Assembly (NCBI GenBank): GCA_963668115.1
Contig: OY764147.1
Coordinates: 281,449-345,448 of the forward strand
Source: Dehalococcoidia bacterium
GTDB taxonomy: Bacteria > Chloroflexota > Dehalococcoidia > Plut-88900
Length of the DNA stretch: 64,000 nucleotides
Direction: 5' to 3'
Within the stretch, counting starts at the first letter, position 1. Every line of letters starts with the position of its first letter. Under the pieces are notes generated by a model. The model made no database searches. It worked only from the letters and a program-made list of their open reading frames with translations, and was not told where the DNA came from. The translations under genes and the position numbers were made by a program. Shown in pieces: positions 50,891-60,208 of the stretch.

Positions 50891-51031
50891 ATGGACACGA
50901 AGCAGGAAAGACGGGAGGAGAAACGGCGTAACCGGCGGAAGATGCGCGTCTCGGGGCGGGGGTTGAAGAAGCTGGTGCAGGAGATTGGAAGGCGGGCAAA
51001 GGAGAAGGCCTTGCCCAAGCAAGGGACTTAG
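50891..51031 (+). CDS. Small basic hypothetical protein (46 aa)
   Basis: MDTKQERREEKRRNRRK..; directly follows the LLM gene. Confidence 0.35.
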   Translation: MDTKQERREEKRRNRRKMRVSGRGLKKLVQEIGRRAKEKALPKQGT

Positions 51032-51981
51032 CGCTCGGGGGGTTGGGGTGGGGGAACTATCTCGTCAACTGCCTTCAAGTCATCAGGCGTAAGGGCCCAG
51101 TCCGCGGCTGCGACGTTCTTGACGACCTGCTCGGGTCTCGTGGCCCCGGATATGACACTGCAAACAGCCGGGTTGGCCAGAAGCCAAGCGATAGCCAGTT
51201 CACCCACTGTATGGCCTCTGTCCTTAGCAAAAGATGACAGCTTGTCCACTTTGTCGAAATTCTCATCGGTCAAGGAGCGGCGGTAGAACTCCCCGGAGGC
51301 CATGCGGGTGCCCTCGGGAATCGGTGCGTTGCGGCGGTACTTGCCGGTCAGCAACCCAGATTCCAACGGAAAGTACGGGATTACACTCAGTCCATTGGCT
51401 GCGCAGTAGGGCACGACTTCCAGTTCGACCCTCCTGTGGAGCAGATTGTAGTAGCACTGCTCGGAGACGGACCTGTTCAGGTTGTGATACCTGGAAGTCC
51501 AAAGGGTCTCGGAGAGCAGCATAGCCGAGAAGTTTGACGTTCCAAAGTAGCGGACCTTTCCCTGCTTCACCAGGTCGTCCAGGCCGCGGAGGGTCTCTTC
51601 TATTGGGGTGTCGGGGTCGTGCCAGTGGACCTGGTAAAGGTCTATGTGGTCGGTCTGGAGCCGTCTCAGGCTGTCCTCCACGGCGTTGAACATGTGATAA
51701 CGGGAGGCGCCCCCGCTGTTCGGGCCTTCGTCCATGTCCATTTCGAACTTGGTTGCCAGGACAACTCGGTCCCTGTGGCCCTTCAGCCACTTGCCGATTA
51801 TTTCCTCGGACTTGCCCATGTTGTAGAAGTTGGCCGTGTCGATGAAATTCACGCCTATGTCCAGGGCCTGATCCATCACCTTGTGCGAGCTTGCCTCGTC
51901 GTTGGGATCCCCAAAATTGTTAGCACCGAGCCCGACCACTGAAACCTTGACTCCCGTATTTCCAAGGAACCGGTATTGCAT
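51028..51981 (-). CDS. Aldo/keto reductase
   Basis: DTANFY, LATK, SLRRLQTDHIDLYQVH, PLESGLLTGKY. Confidence 0.93.
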   Translation of the reverse strand: MQYRFLGNTGVKVSVVGLGANNFGDPNDEASSHKVMDQALDIGVNFIDTANFYNMGKSEEIIGKWLKGHRDRVVLATKFEMDMDEGPNSGGASRYHMFNAVEDSLRRLQTDHIDLYQVHWHDPDTPIEETLRGLDDLVKQGKVRYFGTSNFSAMLLSETLWTSRYHNLNRSVSEQCYYNLLHRRVELEVVPYCAANGLSVIPYFPLESGLLTGKYRRNAPIPEGTRMASGEFYRRSLTDENFDKVDKLSSFAKDRGHTVGELAIAWLLANPAVCSVISGATRPEQVVKNVAAADWALTPDDLKAVDEIVPPPQPPER

Positions 51982-52059
51982 GTGTTTTGTCCCCAATCCT
52001 GGCAGATGTGGTGGAGACGATAGCACAGAAGCCGCGCCGGGTCGATTAGACGGTGGGGT

Positions 52060-53556
52060 ATGATGGTGGGCATGGCGAGCGAACAGCCGGGGCAGGGAGC
52101 GTCCATAGCGGACGTGGGGTTCAGGAAGTGGCAGGCATTCGTCGCCATTGCCATAGGGATGTTCCTGTCGGTGGCCGAGCAGACCGGCGTAGCCATTGCC
52201 CTCCCGGAGATCGCCGAGGATTTCGACGTCAATATCCCGGTGGTGCAGTGGGTGACGCTGGGATACGTCCTAAGCACCAGCGTGGCCTTCATGCCGCTGG
52301 GCAGGCTGGCCGACATGGTAGGTCGGCACAGGGTCTATACCCTGGGTTTCGTGGGGTTCATAGGCATGGCCGTAGTAGCGGGCCTGTCCCCGACATACTG
52401 GGTTCTGCTCGGGGCGAAGGTGGTGCAGGGGGTGTTCTCGGCGGGGGTGCAAGCCAACGCGATGGCCATAATGACCGAGGCCTTTCCCAAGCGGGAGCGA
52501 GGCCGGGCCATTGGGCTGTACACGACGATGGTCGGGGTGGGGGCCACGGGAGGGCCGTTCCTGGGTGGGCTGCTGGTCAACGAATTCGGATGGAGGTGGC
52601 TCTTCTACGCCAGCGTGCCCCTGGGCGTTGCCGCCATCATAGCGGCGGTCTGGGCGTTGCGGGGCTGGCCTTCCCACGTCCCTTCCGGCGAGTCCCGAGG
52701 CCGCTTCGACTGGGTCGGTGCGGGGACGTCATCCGGGACGCTGGTGGTGCTGCTCCTGGCCCTCTCGAACTCTCACAGCCTGGGTTGGGGGTCGGGGCCG
52801 GTAGTGGGCGGGCTGGCAATGGCCGGGGGCCTGTTCATATTCTTCGTGTGGTGGGAGCTTCGCAGTCCTTATCCAATGATAGATCTCCGGTACTTCGCCA
52901 GCCGGTATTTCTCCCTGGGGGTGGCTACGAGATTTCTGCTGTTCCTCTCCAGCTCTCCCCGCGTAATACTCATGCCGTTCTACCTGATACAGGTACTAGG
53001 CTACGATCCGCATGTCGCGGGGCTAATTACGGCGTCTGCCTCTCTGTCCATGGCGGTATGGGGGGCGGTGAGTGGCGTGCTTTCGGAGAGGCTGGGTGCA
53101 AGGTGGCTAATGCTGGCAGGGTTGGTGATGGCCGCCTCGGCGATGTATACGTTTTCCACCCTGGACGTAGACTCGTCGCCATTGCACGCGGTGATAGCCC
53201 TTGCACTGTCGGGGGCGGGGATGGGGACGTTCTATGCGCCCAACACCAGCGATATTCTGAGTACGCAGTCGGGCAGGAACTATGGGATTATTGCCGCGCT
53301 GCTGAATCTGACCCGGACCACGGGCAACGTAACGGGGATAGCAGTCTCGACGACGGTGGTGGCGGTGTTCATGGCCTCGGCTGGGTACGAGCCCAGTCTT
53401 TCAGCTGTCACGGAGACGACAGGTCAAGGGGTCAAGGAAGCGTTTGTATCGGGGTTGTCTATGAGCTTCCTTGTGTCGCTGGCAATGACGGGATTCGCGT
53501 TCACGATATCGGTGGTGCAGGGTCGGGTAGGGAGGGGGGATTCATCCTCACCATAG
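52060..53556 (+). CDS. MFS transporter, DHA2 (14-TM) type
   Basis: GRLADMVGR, ERGRAIG, GPFLGG, FDWVG. Confidence 0.88.
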   Translation: MMVGMASEQPGQGASIADVGFRKWQAFVAIAIGMFLSVAEQTGVAIALPEIAEDFDVNIPVVQWVTLGYVLSTSVAFMPLGRLADMVGRHRVYTLGFVGFIGMAVVAGLSPTYWVLLGAKVVQGVFSAGVQANAMAIMTEAFPKRERGRAIGLYTTMVGVGATGGPFLGGLLVNEFGWRWLFYASVPLGVAAIIAAVWALRGWPSHVPSGESRGRFDWVGAGTSSGTLVVLLLALSNSHSLGWGSGPVVGGLAMAGGLFIFFVWWELRSPYPMIDLRYFASRYFSLGVATRFLLFLSSSPRVILMPFYLIQVLGYDPHVAGLITASASLSMAVWGAVSGVLSERLGARWLMLAGLVMAASAMYTFSTLDVDSSPLHAVIALALSGAGMGTFYAPNTSDILSTQSGRNYGIIAALLNLTRTTGNVTGIAVSTTVVAVFMASAGYEPSLSAVTETTGQGVKEAFVSGLSMSFLVSLAMTGFAFTISVVQGRVGRGDSSSP

Positions 53557-53588
53557 CCTACTCCCATCGAGAGAGATAGGATTGCTGC

Positions 53589-54803
53589 TTACCCGCCAGT
53601 AATCGCGCCCGAGTCCTGGAGCCGGGTGATGTCTTCCCAGGAGTAGCCCATTTCGAGCAACACCTCTTCGGTGTGCTGGCCGAGCTCGGGGGAGGGGGAC
53701 TTGGGACCGATGTCGGTGTCCTCCAGATGGACGGGAGTGTTCAGGACTTTGTAGGGTCCGTGCTCCGGGTGGTCGAGGGTGCGGAGCATGTCGTTGAGCT
53801 CTACCTGGGGGTCGCTGAGGGCATCGAGCATTGCCCTGACCGGCGCGAATATGACCTGGCCGGCTTCCAAAATGGGGGACCATTCGTCCATAGTTTTCTC
53901 GGCAAAAATGGTGTCGAGGGTGGCGATGGCCTGGGTGGCGTTGGCCTTCCTGTCCTCGATTGAGGCAAATCGGGGGTCGACAATCAGTTCAGGGTGTCCG
54001 ATGGCCTTGCAGAGCTTGTCCCAGTTGGTCCCGTTGTCCGGCATTACCATCAGGAACCAATTGCCATCTGAAGCGGAATAGGTGTTGATCAGTGCGTCTA
54101 CCGCGTCAACGCGGGAGCGTCGAATCAGTGGACGGTTGGAAGCCAGGGCTTCCTGTACGTCGGCGCCTATAACCCACAGGCCCATGTTCATCAATGAGGT
54201 GGTTACCAGGCGTCCCTTTCCCGTACGCTGGCGTTCCAGTATGGCGGCCAGCACGCCTGCCAGGAGGGTGGGGGCGGTGGTGTGGTCTCCCATGCCGTTC
54301 AGTATGTCGATGGGCTCAGGGGAGAGCTGGCTGTAGAGGTGCATCAGGCCGGAGCTGGCCCAGAAAGTCGTGTGATCGAATCCGAGCTTGTCCTTCTTGG
54401 GTCCCCTGGGTCCAAATCCGCTCAGTGCGAGGTAGATGAGCCGGGGGTTTTCGGAGGCGAGCTGTTCGTAGGTGAGGCCAAATTTCTCCATTCGCCTGGG
54501 GAGAAGGTTGGTTACGAAGACATCTGCCTCACTGGCCAATCTCTGTACGATTTCGGAGGCTTCGGGTTTGTTGAGGTCCAGGGAGATTCCCCGTTTGCCG
54601 CGGTTGTCCATTTCGAAGGCGTAGTTTATGGGGAACTCGACGCCGTAGGTGCCGTCGGAGGACAACCACCTGTAGGGGTCGCCGCCGAGGGGTTCGACCT
54701 TTATGACGTCGGCGCCCATGTCGGCCATGAGGGCGGCGCAGCAGGGCACCGCGAGGAAATTGGCAACTTCGACGACTTTGATTCCGGTGAGGGGGCCAGC
54801 CAT
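53589..54803 (-). CDS. CaiB/BaiF family III CoA-transferase
   Basis: MAGPLTGIKV, GADVIKVEP, NRGKR, PELGQHT. Confidence 0.92.
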   Translation of the reverse strand: MAGPLTGIKVVEVANFLAVPCCAALMADMGADVIKVEPLGGDPYRWLSSDGTYGVEFPINYAFEMDNRGKRGISLDLNKPEASEIVQRLASEADVFVTNLLPRRMEKFGLTYEQLASENPRLIYLALSGFGPRGPKKDKLGFDHTTFWASSGLMHLYSQLSPEPIDILNGMGDHTTAPTLLAGVLAAILERQRTGKGRLVTTSLMNMGLWVIGADVQEALASNRPLIRRSRVDAVDALINTYSASDGNWFLMVMPDNGTNWDKLCKAIGHPELIVDPRFASIEDRKANATQAIATLDTIFAEKTMDEWSPILEAGQVIFAPVRAMLDALSDPQVELNDMLRTLDHPEHGPYKVLNTPVHLEDTDIGPKSPSPELGQHTEEVLLEMGYSWEDITRLQDSGAITGG

Positions 54804-54957
54804 TCCGTCCTCCGACTCGGGTGCAGGACCAATCAATGGAGACCGGCACCACACTAGGTTTGGGAGATTTTACGGATGAGGCGGAAGTTTGCACAAGTTA
54901 CCGTTCCGGTCCGGCGGGATGACGGGACGCGGGTTTTTCTTGATTTGTGGGGGTGGT

Positions 54958-55118
54958 TTTTTGATTGAACGTTGATTGAAGTTTGATTGAACTCGTAGCT
55001 GTTTTGATTGAACGACGCCTGAAGGGATTTCCGGGGAATTCGCGTGTCGCAGAGGGCAAGGGGATGGGGTGGGTTTTTGATTGTTTTGCGATTTCAGGCA
55101 CGACTTTGATTGTTTAAG
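54958..55118. repeat. Iteron-like TTGATTGAAC element, copy B
   Basis: Units at 54961, 54972, 54983, 55004; homologous to 18508-18657. Confidence 0.85.
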
Positions 55119-55193
55119 GGACTGGGGAAAAACCCTCACCCCCTTTATCCCAATCTCCCTTAGGGTCATTAAGGGATATGGGGAGAGAAGAAC

Positions 55194-55233
55194 AGAGGCA
55201 GAGGTTGGCGCTTTTGCGCCAACCTCTGCCTCT
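55194..55233. repeat. Perfect 18-bp inverted repeat with 4-nt loop
   Basis: agaggcagaggttggcgc tttt gcgccaacctctgcctct. Confidence 0.9.
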
Positions 55234-55459
55234 AGTTCAGTACTGGGGAGAGGGGACGGGGCCACGCCCCACCCGACACCCGGGAGGGCAGGTCTCGTGC
55301 CTGCCTCTACAGAGGAGGACGGGAGAGGGGAGGGGATGGAGTGAGTTGCGGGGTTGTAGGTGATCGTTTCGGAGGGATGGATTCCCCACGACTTCTCGGG
55401 GGCAGGCTCTGCCTCCGCAGGAATGACGGTGGGAAGGGCGAGTATGACGAAGAAGGAAG

Positions 55460-56290
55460 GGAGGGGGTGGAAGGTCCCGGACGGTTTGTGCAGGAAGTCG
55501 GCGACGCCTGTACCGATGCGGGGTGTCCGCCCCTGGGGACGGTCCACACCAGCGTCGAATCTGCGACAGCCCCATACTTCCGAGAGGGTGTGGACGAGAC
55601 GCGAGAAATTCTCGCTCTGGGGCAGCCTCGCCCACCGGAAGTGCTCTACCACCCTGAGGGATGGGAGCGGAGACCCGTGACCGCCGTTCGTAGTCGGAAG
55701 CTCTCCGGTTGTGACGACGGTGGAATCCTTGCCCCATACTTCCGATAGGGTATGGACGAGACGCGAGAAACTCTCGCTCTGGGGCAGCCTCGCCCACCGG
55801 AAGTGCTCTACCATCCTGAGGGATGGGAGCGGAGACCCGTGACCGGCGTTCATAGACCGGAACATGCCGATGGTGACGACGGTGGAATCCGAGAAGGGTT
55901 CTGTGGCCCGATGGAGCAGCTTAACACCGTGCTCCTGAGCGTCGCCTGACGGGGCGAAACCGTTGCGACCTATGAGTGGGGCGCTCACCTGGCAGTTGCC
56001 CTTGAAGAGGGTCTGCCTTGATTTGTCCGGGGACATTCCATGTGAGGGGCGGGACGGTGATTGATCGCTGCGAAGGACGAGGCGTTGGGCCTTTGGGCAG
56101 CGCTTGTAGTGGGTGTTGGGATGCAGGATGTGAGGTGGAAAGAGAGTGAAGAGGAGGCGCGTGTCGTGGGCCGGGCGTTGGGGTGCCGCTCGGGTGAGAC
56201 GGGGCCTATGTAGGCCGGTGCGGCTCATGGGACTCCTTTGTTCCTTTTCCTTTCCTGTGATGGGCACCGAGGTATGGGATCGGCGTCCTG
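55460..56290 (-). ncRNA. Putative large structured ncRNA, family copy 3, with duplicated 162-nt module
   Basis: Promoter 56297-56325; closing helix about 56026-56040 with about 55468-55482; motif identity with copy 2. Confidence 0.65.
55569..55890. repeat. Tandem duplication, 162-bp period
   Basis: Units start at 55569 and 55731; near-identical except for a variable hairpin. Confidence 0.93.
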
Positions 56291-56296
56291 GTGGGT

Positions 56297-56325
56297 AGTA
56301 TAGCACGAGGGTTCAGATAGTGCAA
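56297..56325 (-). promoter_or_regulatory. sigma70-type promoter TTGCAC-17-TATACT (extended -10) driving ncRNA copy 3
   Basis: Minus strand ttgcac tatctgaaccctcgtgc tatact. Confidence 0.75.
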
Positions 56326-56354
56326 ATGTTCAATTTAGAAGGGCTGGAGGGGGA

Positions 56355-56547
56355 GGCGTGAGCGGGCGGGGTTGTAGGTGAGTGTTTCGGAGGGATGGAT
56401 TCACGCCAATGGCGCATCTTCGACCCACCTCCGTGGGAATGACGGGTTAAAGGGGCGGGAATGACGGGGGAAGGGAGTCGGGGTGAGTGGCGAGGTCAGG
56501 GGCGAGTGTTTCGGAGGGATGGATTCCGGCTCTGGGGCCGGAATGAC
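56355..56547. repeat. REP mosaic (two GGATTC..GAATGAC units with conserved lead-in)
   Basis: Hairpins at 56397-56443 (with 22-nt insert) and 56521-56547. Confidence 0.75.
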
Positions 56548-56587
56548 GGAGTAAGGTGGGTGGGGATGGCCGTGAGGGATGAAGGCT

Positions 56588-58381
56588 CTAGGTCCTTGCG
56601 GCGATGTCTGAGTGGAGCATTTCTATGATGGCGGGGAGGGGCGTGGGGCCGAGGTTTTCGCCGCTGCGTTTTCGGACGGAGAGGGTATCGGCGGCGATTT
56701 CTTTGTCGCCTACGATCATCATGTAGGGGACCTTGTTGAGCTGGGCGTCGCGGATCTTGCGGTTCATACGCTCGCTTCGGTCGTCGACCTCCACCCGGAG
56801 CCCTGATGCGGACATTTTCGCGGCGGCGGCCTGGCAGTAATCGACGTGGCGGTCGGTGATGGGGACTATAGAGGCCTGGACGGGGGCAAGCCAGACGGGG
56901 AATGCTCCGCCGTAGTGCTCGATGAGCACGCCCATGAAGCGTTCCATGGAGCCCAGGATGGCCCGGTGCACCATGTATGGCCTGTGCTCCCGACCGTCCT
57001 CGCCGATGTAGGAGAGGTCGAAGCGGCGGGGGAGGTTGAAGTCGAACTGGACGGTGGTGCACTGCCAGTCCCGACCGATGGCATCCTCTATTTTCACGTC
57101 GATCTTCGGGCCGTAGAAGGCTCCCCCTCCCGAGTCGACCTTGTAGTCCAGGCCCATCTCTTCAAGGGTGTTGCGGAGGGCGCTGGTGGCGGTATCCCAT
57201 TCGGAAAGGTCGCCGACGTACTTTTCGGGTCGGTCTGAGAGGTAGATCTGGTAGTCGCTGAAGCCGAAGGCCCCGAGGAGGCGGAAGGTGAGGTCCAGGA
57301 CGCCTCGGACTTCGTCTTCAAGCTGGTCCGGGCGGCAGAAGATATGGGCGTCGTCCTGGGTGAAACCCCTGACCCGGAGCAGGCCGTGGAGGACGCCCGT
57401 CCGTTCGTAGCGGTAGACGGTGCCCAGCTCTGCCAGCCGCATGGGCAGCTCCCGGTAGCTTCGGAGCGATGAGCGGTACATGAGGATGTGGAAGGGGCAG
57501 TTCATGGGTTTCAGGTAGTAGTCCTGGTCGTCTATCTCCAGGGGGGCGTACATGTTTTCGCTGTAGAACTGGAGGTGGCCGCTGGTCTCCCAGAGCCGGG
57601 ACTTGCCGATGTGGGGCGAATAGACCAGGGAGTAGCCGGAGTCCAGGTGAAGCTCCCGCCAGAAGTCTTCGACGAGGCTACGGACCCGGGCGCCCTTCGG
57701 GTGCCAGCAGATCAGGCCGGCCCCGAGCTCGTTGTGGACGGTGAAGAGGCCGAGGTCTCTGCCCAGCTTGCGATGGTCTCGCTTGGCGGCCTCTTCGAGG
57801 CGGTTCAGGTAAGTGTCGAGGGCGTCCTGTGACTCGAAGGCGGTGCCGTAGATGCGCTGGAGCATGGGGCGGTTTTCATCGCCGCGCCAGTAGGCGCCGG
57901 CGACGTTCAAGAGCTTGAAGGCGGGCACCCGGCCGGTTGACTCTACGTGGGGGCCGTTGCAGAGGTCCGAAAAGTCGCCGTGGGTGTAGACGCCGAGGGT
58001 GTCGTCCTGGATGGCTTCGATGATTTCGAGCTTGAAGGGCTGGTCGTTGAAGAGTTTATTGGCCTCGGGGCGGGGGACCTGGGTGCGGTGGAAGGGAAGG
58101 TCGGCGGCGATGGTGTCGGCCATCTTCTTCTCGATGGCGGGGAGGTCTTCGTCAGTGAGGGCGCGCGGCAGGTCAAAGTCGTAGTAGAAGCCATCCTCGG
58201 TGGGGGGGCCGATGGCGAACTTGGCCTCGGGGAAGATGGAGCGGACGGCGTCGGCCATGATATGGGAGGCGGAGTGTCGGATGGACTCGCGGCGAAGGGC
58301 GAGGGGGTTTTCCTCGGCGGGGGTTTTGCGGGACTCTAAGGCATATTCGATGCCGCTGGGGTCTGTGATGTCGGCGGGCAC
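56588..58381 (-). CDS. thrS: Threonine--tRNA ligase
   Basis: RHSASH, GAYWRG, KPMNCP, RVRGFTQDDAH, AFYGPKID. Confidence 0.97.
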   Translation of the reverse strand: MPADITDPSGIEYALESRKTPAEENPLALRRESIRHSASHIMADAVRSIFPEAKFAIGPPTEDGFYYDFDLPRALTDEDLPAIEKKMADTIAADLPFHRTQVPRPEANKLFNDQPFKLEIIEAIQDDTLGVYTHGDFSDLCNGPHVESTGRVPAFKLLNVAGAYWRGDENRPMLQRIYGTAFESQDALDTYLNRLEEAAKRDHRKLGRDLGLFTVHNELGAGLICWHPKGARVRSLVEDFWRELHLDSGYSLVYSPHIGKSRLWETSGHLQFYSENMYAPLEIDDQDYYLKPMNCPFHILMYRSSLRSYRELPMRLAELGTVYRYERTGVLHGLLRVRGFTQDDAHIFCRPDQLEDEVRGVLDLTFRLLGAFGFSDYQIYLSDRPEKYVGDLSEWDTATSALRNTLEEMGLDYKVDSGGGAFYGPKIDVKIEDAIGRDWQCTTVQFDFNLPRRFDLSYIGEDGREHRPYMVHRAILGSMERFMGVLIEHYGGAFPVWLAPVQASIVPITDRHVDYCQAAAAKMSASGLRVEVDDRSERMNRKIRDAQLNKVPYMMIVGDKEIAADTLSVRKRSGENLGPTPLPAIIEMLHSDIAART

Positions 58382-58444
58382 TGGGGGTTACTCCTGGGGG
58401 GTTGGGGTTTTGGGGTCGGGGGGTAATGATACACGATGGGGGAC

Positions 58445-59563
58445 TCAGCCTGGAGGACGGGGGGCATTGCCCGTCTCTTTCATCATAGTAATCCATGAAT
58501 CGCTTATAGGGGGGCCGGGGTTACGGGGAATGCCTATGGCACAGATGAGGGACGTCAGACCCATAAGGCCTATCGCTAAGAGCTTGGCATGAGGCAAGGA
58601 GATGGCGGTCTGAATCCATGCTATGAAGACTCCGAGCATGATAAGAAGCATGAATATAAGCACTGGCCCCACCACTCTCCACTGTCTCAATTGATGCCAG
58701 TACGCCACGACTGGCAACACGGCAACACTGCAGGCGAGGATAATTAAAATCCACTGTGCCGCCTGGTAAAGCTCGGGGTATCCTTGGTATGTGACACTCC
58801 ACTGAGATCCATTGTGTATGACTAAGATTCCGAATGGGATAATCGCTAAGGAACTCGTTCCCACGGATAATACAGCAACCGCTATGGCACACACGCTTCT
58901 GACAGGTGCAGATAATGCGAGAGTGAACAAAGTGAAAGACAACGCCAGAAGGAACATCAATATCCAAAAGGCGGGATCGCTCAGAAGGGTCAGGGTTTTG
59001 GCTAGGGGAGAGAAGTCAGCCGGCAGATATTCTCCGACTCCTGCAGGGATCCACTGTCCGTCGGGCGTCCCGACCACCACCCCTCGAACGCCGACAGCCA
59101 GGATGAGGTTGCCACTCTGTTCGTGATACGCTATTCCATAGGGCTCCGCCACAAATAAGTACTCGGCATTCATAAGTTTGCCCTGGAGCCAAAGGTGAGC
59201 GTCGTGGGTCCAATTGGCGGTTGAATAGACAATCTCCCGGTCCCCGGTTTGCGGATTCAATACCAAGTCCGCACCCTCGAGATAGTATGTGCCACGCGGA
59301 GTATCGACTGACTCGGTGCTCTCCCATAAGAATCCGTGAGTTGGGATATCTTTGAATTCCCAAGTCCAGCCTCCATCTGTACTCGCATATAATTTGGTGG
59401 CCGAAGAATGGCCACGGAAAGCCTCGGTAAGGGAAAGCAACGTTCCGTCCGTTTCAACGGCATTATCAGTAACCCCGTAGTAAGCTGAGCCGCCGCACGC
59501 GGTTACAGCAACGAACGCAATCATAGCCACTAACGTCAGGCTCAAATGTCGACGTCTAATCAT
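58445..59563 (-). CDS. Hypothetical lipoprotein/membrane protein with Asp-box motif
   Basis: Lipobox VTAC, STDGGWTW, several C-terminal TM helices; lower GC. Confidence 0.6.
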   Translation of the reverse strand: MIRRRHLSLTLVAMIAFVAVTACGGSAYYGVTDNAVETDGTLLSLTEAFRGHSSATKLYASTDGGWTWEFKDIPTHGFLWESTESVDTPRGTYYLEGADLVLNPQTGDREIVYSTANWTHDAHLWLQGKLMNAEYLFVAEPYGIAYHEQSGNLILAVGVRGVVVGTPDGQWIPAGVGEYLPADFSPLAKTLTLLSDPAFWILMFLLALSFTLFTLALSAPVRSVCAIAVAVLSVGTSSLAIIPFGILVIHNGSQWSVTYQGYPELYQAAQWILIILACSVAVLPVVAYWHQLRQWRVVGPVLIFMLLIMLGVFIAWIQTAISLPHAKLLAIGLMGLTSLICAIGIPRNPGPPISDSWITMMKETGNAPRPPG

Positions 59564-59617
59564 CCGGTGGCGGTGAAATATTGACGGCGTTGCGAGATAC
59601 GTAATATCCCGCCTACG

Positions 59618-60034
59618 CTACTCCCTTTTCCACAGGTAGCGAGCGGCGTCCAGTGCGACGATGGCGTAGAGGGCGTCTACGAGGGGGAAGTAGATTACGT
59701 GGGACGTTGCGGCGTCTCCGGTCTCGTTTTCGGGGAACTGTACCCAGAGGTACTGCCAGAAGAAGAGCATCGCCAGGGCTATGGACGCGTAGAAAAAGAC
59801 GTTGGCCCACATGGTATCCGCGTCGGTGGCGTAGGGGTCAGCGGCGGCCTTCCTTCTGACGAATGCGACGAACAGGGCCAACAAGACGCCGGCCGCCATG
59901 AAGTAGTTGATGTATTCCCAGACGGGGTAGTCGGGTGAGCCGTCGTGGTAAACAGGGGTGAGAATGAAGTTGAAGAAGACGGCGAGGGCGGTCAGGGCAA
60001 GGTAGATGGCTACGATCCGCTTCAAGAATTCCAT
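59618..60034 (-). CDS. Hypothetical 4-TM membrane protein
   Basis: AAGGAGG SD, four hydrophobic helices. Confidence 0.7.
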   Translation of the reverse strand: MEFLKRIVAIYLALTALAVFFNFILTPVYHDGSPDYPVWEYINYFMAAGVLLALFVAFVRRKAAADPYATDADTMWANVFFYASIALAMLFFWQYLWVQFPENETGDAATSHVIYFPLVDALYAIVALDAARYLWKRE

Positions 60035-60208
60035 GTTTGCCTATGCCTCCTTGCTCTTTGGCAGTTCATCAGGGTCAAGGGGGAAGCCTCGGGTGCGGCT
60101 TCATTATACGGCTAATATGAGGCATCCCGCTTAATGACACGCCGGCATTGCCTCGCTTGTCCGTAAACCTGCAATTTCCTATACTTGCGGCCGGGAACAC
60201 TTTAAGAG

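Noticed and set aside
55569-55890. HDV-like ribozyme or CRISPR array
   Set aside because: Topology lacks the HDV P3/L3 and J4/2 features; only two long units, with no repeat-spacer pattern and no cas genes.
54870-56306. 478-aa ORF (SD plus ATG at 56228) spanning ncRNA copy 3
   Set aside because: Pro/Arg/Ser-rich, runs through REP mosaics and the iteron element, and is not conserved in copies 1 and 2; stops are rare on this C-rich strand. Translation of its 5' part is not formally excluded.
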